From: an uncultured Deinococcales bacterium
Lineage (GTDB): Bacteria > Deinococcota > Deinococci > Deinococcales > JAAFIG01
Assembly: GCA_964247135.1 (NCBI GenBank)
Contig: CAXTTL010000171.1
Coordinates: forward strand, 1-10,568
DNA: 10,568 bases
Direction of reading: 5' to 3'
How positions within the stretch are numbered: the stretch's first letter is position 1; the number at the start of each line of letters is the position of its first letter. Below are positions 1 to 6,540 of the stretch, one piece after another. A program made the position numbers and the translations under genes. Under the pieces are notes generated by a model. The model was not told the origin of the DNA. It did no database searches and worked only from the letters and a program-made list of their open reading frames with translations.

Positions 1-513
1 CAATATTTTGACGAGTCAAGCGTAGATCGTCTCGGAAAAATTATTTTTTCAACCGATCCGGTTGCCAAAGGGATCAAACCAGGCAACGAGATGCAAGATT
101 TTAAATTGCGCACCAGTGAGGGCAAAGTGGTGTCCTGGAGCGATTACAAGGGCAAACCGGTGATCATCAATTTTTGGGGTTCATGGTGCCCACCTTGCCG
201 TGCCGAAATGCCAAAACTTAATGCCCTTTTCGACAAATACAAATCGAGCGGCTTGATCGTTCTGGGCATCAATTACGCCGAGACGCCGGATGTCGCCGAG
301 AAATACCTGAGCGCAAACCCGATCAATTACATCGTTTTGTACGGCTTAAACGACCCAATGGTCGAGACTCGAGCCTTGTTTAGCGCTTGGGGCGGCAGCG
401 GCGTACCTTGGAATTTGTTTGTCGGCAAGGACGGTAAAGTCTCGAGCTGGGTGTTCGGTTACGGACCAGGTTCGGAGATTGACATGGAGCAAAAAATCAA
501 AGATATTTTGTAA
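1..513 (+). CDS. TlpA/ResA-family thiol-disulfide oxidoreductase (redoxin), 5' partial
   Basis: YKGKPVIINFWGSWCPPCRAEMP with a CxxC motif in a thioredoxin-like fold. The frame is open from position 1 (QYFDESSVDRLGK...), so the true start lies upstream of the window. Confidence 0.9.
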   Translation, partial: QYFDESSVDRLGKIIFSTDPVAKGIKPGNEMQDFKLRTSEGKVVSWSDYKGKPVIINFWGSWCPPCRAEMPKLNALFDKYKSSGLIVLGINYAETPDVAEKYLSANPINYIVLYGLNDPMVETRALFSAWGGSGVPWNLFVGKDGKVSSWVFGYGPGSEIDMEQKIKDIL

Positions 514-525
514 AGCGACCCGAAC

Positions 526-562
526 AAAACGGCTCGAGCATCGAACTCGAACCGTTTTTATT
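526..562 (+). terminator. Intrinsic terminator after the redoxin gene
   Basis: AAAACGGCTCGAG (526-538), 7-nt loop, CTCGAACCGTTTT (546-558), one mismatch. It ends in TTTTTATT and starts 12 nt after the stop codon. Confidence 0.75.
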
Positions 563-737
563 GCCAGTTGCTGATGCGCCGGTATTTGGTAAACAATTTG
601 CCCGTGCCGATTTTGGAATTTTGCAGCGCTCGAGCGGCAAAGTTTAAACCAAATATCCCTCCTCAAAGTCTGCCATTAAGGTCAACGGGCTTTAAAACTT
701 GTGAATCGCAAAACAATCGATTTTGTCAGGCTCGGCA

Positions 738-743
738 TATACT
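738..743 (+). promoter_or_regulatory. Putative -10 element (TATACT) for a leaderless cmk transcript
   Basis: TATACT lies 6 nt before an in-frame GTG at 750, with no Shine-Dalgarno and no convincing -35. Confidence 0.5.
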
Positions 744-749
744 GAATTG

Positions 750-1421
750 GTGAGCCTCGAGATGCCCTTTACACGGATTCAACTTTCAAACTCAAGCGTG
801 ATCACCATCGACGGGCTGGCAGCCAGTGGTAAATCCAGCGTGGCTCAGGGCGTTGCTCGGGCTTTAAACGTGCCTTTTGTCTCGAGTGGACTCTTGTACC
901 GCGCCGTGACTTACGCGGCGTTGCATCATCAAATCAGCCTCGAAAACGAAGCTGAGATTTTGCGAATGTTCGAGCAAAACCTGCTCAAACTCGAGCCGGC
1001 AAACGATGGCAACCGAGTGTTTTTGAATGGGCGGGACATCACCGAACTCTGTCACTCGAGTCTGGTCGACGCCAATGTCAGTGTGGTTGCGCTTCATCAA
1101 AAAGTTCGGGCTTGGGTGAATACGCAAATTCGAGCACTTCGGACACCTTTTGTTGCCGAAGGGCGAGACATGGGCGCGGTGGTCTTTCCTGATGCCGGCG
1201 TGAAATTGTTCCTGACCGCCTCGAGTGGCGTTCGTGCCAAACGCCGAACTTTAGAGCGCCCCGAAGAATTTGAAAATATCAAACGCATGATTGACGCTCG
1301 AGACGCCAAAGACGCCATCAATTCTGGGGCGGCGCAAGACGCAGTCAAGCTTGACACGGATAACTTGAATCTCGAGGAGGTGATTGCTGCGAGCTTAAAG
1401 GCGATAGCAGCCAAATCGTGA
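750..1421 (+). CDS. cmk: Cytidylate kinase
   Basis: ITIDGLAASGKSS P-loop, SSGLLYRA, VAEGRDMGAVVFPDA, KLFLTAS, and RDAKD motifs. The start is uncertain: GTG 750 (preferred, leaderless geometry), ATG 762 or GTG 798. Confidence 0.93.
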   Translation: MSLEMPFTRIQLSNSSVITIDGLAASGKSSVAQGVARALNVPFVSSGLLYRAVTYAALHHQISLENEAEILRMFEQNLLKLEPANDGNRVFLNGRDITELCHSSLVDANVSVVALHQKVRAWVNTQIRALRTPFVAEGRDMGAVVFPDAGVKLFLTASSGVRAKRRTLERPEEFENIKRMIDARDAKDAINSGAAQDAVKLDTDNLNLEEVIAASLKAIAAKS

Positions 1422-2050
1422 ACGACAAAAATCCTGATTTGTCCAACGCGCCCAGAAACTTTGATTTCATCAAAAAATTCTGGTGGTATTACATCGGTTT
1501 TTTGGGTTTGAGCTTCGAGCATCCAGAGTACATTCCGCTCACTGGTGGCGCGATCATTGCCGCCAACCACGTGACCCTGATCGATCCGTTCGCCGTTGGG
1601 CAACCCACACCGCGCCGGGTGCATTTTATGAGCAAGAAAGAGAATTTTAACACGCCGTGGGGAAGATGGTTTCAATATTCGGGCAACGCCTTTCCGGTGG
1701 ATCGCGGCAAGCCCGACATCAACGCCGTTAAAACCGCACTGCGAATTCTGAAAGGCGGGCAGTTGCTGGTGATTTTTCCGCAAGGTACACGCAACGGACA
1801 GGCGGCAAAAGACGGCGTCGGGTTGTTCGCCGCTCGAGCCAAAGTGCCCGTGATTCCGGCTGGCATCATCCTCGAGCGCAACTGGTTTGGCGGCAAACGC
1901 TTTAGGGTCCGTTACGGCGCACCAATTTTACCAGAAGGCAACGCTGAAGAGATCACCTCCAAGGTGATGCTCGAGATTGAGAATTTGATTGGAAAACCTG
2001 GGTCATTGACCAGTCATCATGAAGCCAATGCCGTGACCCAAGGTGAGTAA
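1418..2050 (+). CDS. plsC: 1-acyl-sn-glycerol-3-phosphate (lysophospholipid) acyltransferase, PlsC family
   Basis: NHVTLID (HX4D), FPVDRG, IFPQGTR and VPVIP blocks. GTGA overlap with the cmk stop; cmk-plsC linkage is common. Confidence 0.88.
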   Translation: MNDKNPDLSNAPRNFDFIKKFWWYYIGFLGLSFEHPEYIPLTGGAIIAANHVTLIDPFAVGQPTPRRVHFMSKKENFNTPWGRWFQYSGNAFPVDRGKPDINAVKTALRILKGGQLLVIFPQGTRNGQAAKDGVGLFAARAKVPVIPAGIILERNWFGGKRFRVRYGAPILPEGNAEEITSKVMLEIENLIGKPGSLTSHHEANAVTQGE

Positions 2051-2809
2051 TTGAACCAGCAAGTTTTGAAATACCTCGAGCGTGATGTGATGCAAAACAT
2101 TGTCGCTTTGAAAATGTTAACTGCGCATGATGGTGCGCGATGTTTTTATCGGTCCAACACTTTTGGCGAAGCCGCAATGATTCTGCTCGAGCCAAGCGCT
2201 TTTGCGTATGACCGAGAGCATTACCCGAATGCCGACTGCATTTGCATCGTCTCAAGCGACCATCCAATATTGACGGCTTGGTTGCTCGAGGAACTTGATG
2301 CAAAGCAAAAAGTGGTGTTCAAACTCAAATCCGATACCGACGCGCTCGAGGTTCAAAAGCGCTTCGATATCAAACCCATCACCTCGTTTTTATCTTTCAC
2401 CGACATCAGACCGTACTCGAGCGACAGTCATGTTTGTATCAGCACCAAACCCAGTCAAAAGTTCTTTGAATTCATTGCCACCCAAGGTCACACTCAAGAT
2501 TGGCTCGAGCCGTTGCTGGATGACGGTTGGGCTTTTTGCTGTGAACTTTTCAACGACGATCAAAAGCTCGAGTCGGTCTGTTTTGCCTTTGAAAATTACG
2601 GGTCGCTTTGGGAAATTGGTGGGGTTTACACGCCGCCAGCGTCTCGAGGTCGAGGGCTGGCGTCACGAACGGTTTGTGCGGCAGTTGGCGAGCTGCAAAA
2701 AGGCGGCAAACGCAGCCGTTACCAGGTTCATCAGGAAAATTCTGTCTCGATTCGGGTTGCACAACGCGCACAACTCGAGTTGTTTTTGACCATCACACAT
2801 TGGTTTTAA
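2051..2809 (+). CDS. GNAT-family N-acetyltransferase (C-terminal GNAT domain, uncharacterised N-terminal domain)
   Basis: EIGGVYTPPASRGRGLAS (acetyl-CoA motif A) and NSVSIRVAQRA. The TTG start directly follows the plsC stop; ATG 2090 is an alternative. Confidence 0.8.
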   Translation: MNQQVLKYLERDVMQNIVALKMLTAHDGARCFYRSNTFGEAAMILLEPSAFAYDREHYPNADCICIVSSDHPILTAWLLEELDAKQKVVFKLKSDTDALEVQKRFDIKPITSFLSFTDIRPYSSDSHVCISTKPSQKFFEFIATQGHTQDWLEPLLDDGWAFCCELFNDDQKLESVCFAFENYGSLWEIGGVYTPPASRGRGLASRTVCAAVGELQKGGKRSRYQVHQENSVSIRVAQRAQLELFLTITHWF

Positions 2810-2861
2810 CGTGTTCAATCAAAAGCTCGAGTTGGAGCAGATAAAATCGGTGTCCTTTCGA

Positions 2862-2879
2862 GGCGCATTGCCATGCGCC
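2862..2879 (-). other. Short GC-rich hairpin immediately 3' of the MocR stop
   Basis: Minus strand reads GGCGCAT-GGCA-ATGCGCC: a 7-bp stem with a GNRA loop, 1 nt after the TAG. There is no U-tract. Confidence 0.4.
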
Positions 2880-2880
2880 G

Positions 2881-4296
2881 CTACGGCAGATGTTGCTCGA
2901 GCCAAACCTTGCCCAAACGCTTGATGCCCTCCTCGAGCATGGGTTGATCGCAGGCGGCGAAACTCAGGCGCACAAAAGAACCTGGGGCTTCGGCTGGAAA
3001 CCATGCCCTGCCCGCACTGATTTGCACGCCGGCGGTCGCAGCATGTTGGGCGAACAGAATTTCGTTGCTGCCCTGGGGAAGCTCGAGCCAAACGCTGAAG
3101 CCACCCTTTGGCACGTGCGTCACTTGAGCCTGCGGGAAGTCAAGCGCCAGGGCTTTCAAGGTGGCATCCCTGCGTGCCCTCAGGCGGTCACGGAGGCGCT
3201 TGAGGTGCTTTTGCCAACCTGAACTCGTGACCAGTTCCAAAGCCACCTCCTGAAGCTCCAAACTGACAAACAGATCATCGACGGCTCGGGTCGTGCGCAA
3301 ACGGTTCATGACTGCGCCCTTGGCGATCACGGCGGCAACCCGCAGGCTCGGCGCGGCGCATTTGGAGAGGCTGCGAATGTAGACCACCCGCCCGTCGCCC
3401 TGGGCAAACATTGGCGGCAGCGCCGTCCCGTCCAAGGTCAGTTCGCGGGCGTAATCGTCTTCGATGACAAACGCCCCTGCCCATGCTGCCACGTCCAGCA
3501 CGGCACGGCGACGCTCCAAACCGAGGCTCGAGCCGGTCGGGTTGGCGTAAAGCGGCTGCAAATACACCGCTCGAGCATTGGTGTTTTTGAAGGCAACCTC
3601 GAGCAAATCTGGGCGGATGCCCTCAGAATCGGTTGGCACCGGCACCGCGCGAATGCCAGCCGATTGGGCGACCGCGAGCGCCCCAAAATAGGTCGGGCTT
3701 TCAAACAAGATCGCCTCGCCTGGCGGCACGATGGCTCGCATGGTGCTCGAGACGGCGGCTTGACCCCCAGGCACAATCAGCACATCATTCGCCCGAGCCT
3801 CACCGCCGACGGTTTGCGCAAACCACGCCCGCAACGGCTCGAGTCCGTCCAAGGGTGCCCGCGCCCAAATGCCTGGTCGCCTGCCCGCACGGGTCATGGC
3901 GGCTGCCAGCATCGCCAACGGTTGCAGGCTCTCGTCGGGGTAGCCGCTGCCGAGCGGAATGTTTAAGGCGCTCGGCGGACTCAGCAGGGTCTGAATCTCG
4001 TCGCTGACAATCGTTCGTGCTCCCAAGGTTAAACTCTGCCAACCCAGGTCGCTCGAGTTAACGGCTCTGGGCGGCTCAATCTTGAACGTGCCATGCCCTG
4101 GCTTGGTCACGATCAAACCCGCCCGAACCAAATGTGTGATGGCGCGTTGCACGGTGACTGGGCTGGCTTTGTGGCGCCTCGTCAACTCGCGCACGCTTGG
4201 AACTTGCGTTCCTGGCAGCAATCCCTCGAGTTCGCTCTGAATTTGAAGCGCCAAATGTTCCGAGGCTCTGATCGGTTTGCGCATTTCGCTTTCCAT
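2881..4296 (-). CDS. MocR/GabR-family transcriptional regulator (GntR wHTH plus PLP-dependent aminotransferase-like domain)
   Basis: N-terminal PSVRELTRRHKASPVTVQRA..L...GLIVTKPGHGTF. AAT domain with ESPTY, NPTG, IEDDY and SLSK (PLP lysine), and LRV. Start reassigned to ATG 4296, because the ORF-track extension to 4437 overlaps the EamA gene. Confidence 0.92.
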   Translation of the reverse strand: MESEMRKPIRASEHLALQIQSELEGLLPGTQVPSVRELTRRHKASPVTVQRAITHLVRAGLIVTKPGHGTFKIEPPRAVNSSDLGWQSLTLGARTIVSDEIQTLLSPPSALNIPLGSGYPDESLQPLAMLAAAMTRAGRRPGIWARAPLDGLEPLRAWFAQTVGGEARANDVLIVPGGQAAVSSTMRAIVPPGEAILFESPTYFGALAVAQSAGIRAVPVPTDSEGIRPDLLEVAFKNTNARAVYLQPLYANPTGSSLGLERRRAVLDVAAWAGAFVIEDDYARELTLDGTALPPMFAQGDGRVVYIRSLSKCAAPSLRVAAVIAKGAVMNRLRTTRAVDDLFVSLELQEVALELVTSSGWQKHLKRLRDRLRARRDATLKALALDFPQAQVTHVPKGGFSVWLELPQGSNEILFAQHAATAGVQISAGRAWFPAEAPGSFVRLSFAACDQPMLEEGIKRLGKVWLEQHLP

Positions 4297-4357
4297 GGTG
4301 TTATCATATAACATGAACAGACCCAGTAACGTTACCCTGCAAACCGGAGTAACACCA
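4296..4357. promoter_or_regulatory. Divergent promoter/operator region between MocR and EamA
   Basis: Overlapping -10-like hexamers TATCAT (+, 4302-4307) and TATGAT (-, 4308-4303) sit inside TGTTAT-N3-ATAACA (4299-4313). Also a perfect palindrome GTAACGTTAC (4326-4335) and an inverted pair TGGTGTTA (4296-4303)/TAACACCA (4350-4357). Confidence 0.65.
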
Positions 4358-4378
4358 ACCGCGCGGGGTGCATCATGA
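4313..4378 (+). CDS. Putative 21-aa leaderless uORF (MNRPSNVTLQTGVTPTARGAS) coupled to EamA
   Basis: ATG lies 5 nt after TATCAT, and its TGA overlaps the EamA ATG (ATGA, 4375-4378). Confidence 0.4.
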   Translation: MNRPSNVTLQTGVTPTARGAS

Positions 4379-5301
4379 ACCCGCAACTCGAGCAGCCTGA
4401 CTTGAGGCTTAAAACCACAACCACCAATCACAAACACGATCTCGAGGGAACCATTTACGCCCTGCTCGGAATCTTAATGTTTTCGATGACGCTGACGGCT
4501 TCTCGAGTCATCGTGCCAGTGTTGGGTGGAACGTTTGTGGGTTTGGGACGCGCCGTGCTCGCCGCGACACTTGCCGCAATCGTCCTGATCTCGAGACGCG
4601 AACCGTTTCTCGAACGCCGTTATTGGCGTTCAATCTGCATCACCGCGCTGGGGATTGTGTTTGGTTTCCCGCTCCTCTCGAGCCTTGCCCTCAAGACCAT
4701 TCCCGCCATTCATGCGGTGGTCATCACAGGCTTGCTTCCCGCCATGACCGCCACCCTCGCCGTCATCCGAACTCGAGAACGTACCTCTCCCCTGTTCTGG
4801 GCGGCGGTGGCGCTCGGTGTGGTTGGTGTGCTGGGGTTTGCCGTGATCGAAGGCGCCGGCAAACCCCAACCCGCCGATCTGCTGCTGTTTGGCGCTGGTT
4901 TGCTCGGCGCGGTGGGTTATGTCGAGGGCGGCATTCTGGCAAAAGAAATTGATGGTTGGCGCGTGGTCAGTTGGGCATTGATTTTTTCCTTGCCATTTTT
5001 GATTCCACCCGTGCTGTTCAGTCTCCCCTCGAGCCTCCCAACACAACCCATTGTCTGGATTTGTTTTGTTTACGTCGGCGCGATCAGCATGTACCTCGGG
5101 TTTTTTGCCTGGTACAAAGGCTTGGCACTGGCTGGAATCGCCCGCTCGAGCGCCCTGCAAGTCTTGCAACCCTTGTTCAGCATGGTTTGGGCGGTTTTGC
5201 TGCTGCACGAACAACTGCACGTTCAAACGATTTTTGCCGCCATCATCGTGATTGCCAGCGCGACCCTCTCGAGGTTCGCCCGCATGAAAGGGGCAGCATG
5301 A
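4375..5301 (+). CDS. DMT/EamA-family transporter
   Basis: About 10 hydrophobic segments in two repeats. Motifs GLGRAVLA, LLPAMTA..A..R..ER and FFAWYKGL...Q.LQP......A..LLHE. Typical divergent partner of MocR regulators. Confidence 0.9.
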   Translation: MNPQLEQPDLRLKTTTTNHKHDLEGTIYALLGILMFSMTLTASRVIVPVLGGTFVGLGRAVLAATLAAIVLISRREPFLERRYWRSICITALGIVFGFPLLSSLALKTIPAIHAVVITGLLPAMTATLAVIRTRERTSPLFWAAVALGVVGVLGFAVIEGAGKPQPADLLLFGAGLLGAVGYVEGGILAKEIDGWRVVSWALIFSLPFLIPPVLFSLPSSLPTQPIVWICFVYVGAISMYLGFFAWYKGLALAGIARSSALQVLQPLFSMVWAVLLLHEQLHVQTIFAAIIVIASATLSRFARMKGAA

Positions 5302-5717
5302 ATTTGGAAGGGTTTTCAATCTCGACTGACAAAACCAAACTCGATCTCGAGGTGATCTGCCATTTTCTTGCTGGCGCGTACTGGGCGAATCAACGTTCAC
5401 GGGACACCATCAAAAAATCGCTCGAGTATTCCTTAAACTTTGGTTTGTACCATCTGGGCAATCAAATTGGTCTGGCTCGAGTCGTCACCGATCACGCCAC
5501 GTTCGCGTACTTGTGCGATGTGTTTGTGCTTGAGGAATACCAAGGGCGCGGGCTTGGAAAGTTTTTGTTGCAAACCGTGCTCGAGCATCCAGAGTTAACC
5601 AACCTGCGACGGTTTATGTTGGCAACTCGAGACGCACACGGCTTGTATTCGCAGTTTGGTTTTGAAGCTTTGGCTGCGCCAGACAGGTGGATGGAACGGT
5701 TTAACAAAAACGCTTGA
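5298..5717 (+). CDS. GNAT-family N-acetyltransferase (139 aa)
   Basis: ISTDKTKLD..I..FL...YWA, IGLARVVTD, YLCDVFVLEEYQGRGLGK, and ATRDAHGLYSQFGF. True start is ATG 5298 (ATGA overlap with EamA), not 4956. Confidence 0.9.
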   Translation: MNLEGFSISTDKTKLDLEVICHFLAGAYWANQRSRDTIKKSLEYSLNFGLYHLGNQIGLARVVTDHATFAYLCDVFVLEEYQGRGLGKFLLQTVLEHPELTNLRRFMLATRDAHGLYSQFGFEALAAPDRWMERFNKNA

Positions 5718-5813
5718 GCCTCGAGATGTTCATTTTGGAACTTTGAAAGTGCGTTTGTCGTATAGATTCTCTGGAATGCGTTTTCGGTAATGCAACCAGG
5801 GAAGTGATTTTTT

Positions 5814-6335
5814 GTGAAAACGGTGGTCAGTCAGCGTGGTTTGAAATGGTGGGCGAACATTGTCGCTCGAGTTATTCTATTGGGGTGGTTGATCGAAACC
5901 TCTTTTAATTTTGGAAAACTTATCATAATTAAATTACCAACCACAAAATCTTTTGAAATGCAAATTATAACAATTGTTTTTTTTCTCATGTGTTTTATCT
6001 GTATTTTTGTAGTTTTTGAAATTTTAAAACATTTTTTTCAATACACAATTATGGTATCAAAAGATGGAATATACGAAATTATGGGAAATGAGAAAACTTT
6101 TCACTCATTTGAGAATATCAATAAAATTAAAATGCACTTTCATTCGACAAAATACACGCAATGGAAGGAGCTTGAATTATTTTTGGTTAACCAAAAAGAC
6201 TCCGCTATACTTCAAACACGTAGGTTTGATAACACAAGAGAACTTAATCTGGTCATCATGGATCAATCCAGGGTTATCAACCCAGAAATTCAGATTGATA
6301 GTGCATGTCTTACAGCTTATCGGCATCACCCATAG
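5814..6335 (+). CDS. Hypothetical membrane protein (two N-terminal TM segments plus soluble domain), AT-rich
   Basis: A 173-codon ORF stays open in DNA whose sampled 60-nt lines are 18-30% GC. Two hydrophobic stretches. Start uncertain; no recognisable family. Confidence 0.6.
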   Translation: MKTVVSQRGLKWWANIVARVILLGWLIETSFNFGKLIIIKLPTTKSFEMQIITIVFFLMCFICIFVVFEILKHFFQYTIMVSKDGIYEIMGNEKTFHSFENINKIKMHFHSTKYTQWKELELFLVNQKDSAILQTRRFDNTRELNLVIMDQSRVINPEIQIDSACLTAYRHHP

Positions 6336-6449
6336 TCAGTACAACTCGAGTATCAATTGAGTCAGTTATGGTGGCTTTAAATATCTTAGTTTACTTTTTA
6401 AATCTCGAGCCAAGAAATGAGTGCAAACTCGAGTGCTCAGGTTGTTTGG

Positions 6450-6479
6450 TTGACACGATTATGCACTTGCGCATACAAT
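6450..6479 (+). promoter_or_regulatory. Sigma70-type promoter for the mgtE leader
   Basis: TTGACA (6450-6455), 18-nt spacer, TACAAT (6474-6479). Predicted TSS near 6485-6487. Confidence 0.8.
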
Positions 6480-6482
6480 CAC

Positions 6483-6511
6483 GTTGTCTTGAACCTTGCG
6501 TTCAAGACAAC
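6483..6511. repeat. Perfect 12-bp inverted repeat at the predicted TSS
   Basis: GTTGTCTTGAAC-CTTGC-GTTCAAGACAAC. Confidence 0.85.
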
Positions 6512-6540
6512 CCGAGTTCACAGCTTCACACTCGAGTTTT

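Noticed and set aside
568-753. 61-aa ORF between the redoxin gene and cmk
   Set aside because: No SD or recognisable motif; it starts just past a terminator and runs over the putative cmk promoter.
1097-1783. 228-aa minus-strand ORF
   Set aside because: Antisense shadow of cmk and plsC, with no protein-family features.
4297-4437. N-terminal extension of the MocR ORF to 4437
   Set aside because: It overlaps the EamA start and the promoter region; the wHTH begins shortly after ATG 4296.
4630-5400. 256-aa minus-strand ORF and the 4956 start for the second GNAT
   Set aside because: Both are alternative-frame shadows of EamA. GNAT homology begins at ATG 5298.
5763-5813. Chain of tiny ORFs (MRFR*, MQPGK*) after TAGATT, the second in frame with the 5814 ORF
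   Set aside because: Could indicate coupling or a nonsense-truncated N-terminus, but such short ORFs arise readily by chance and the promoter is weak.
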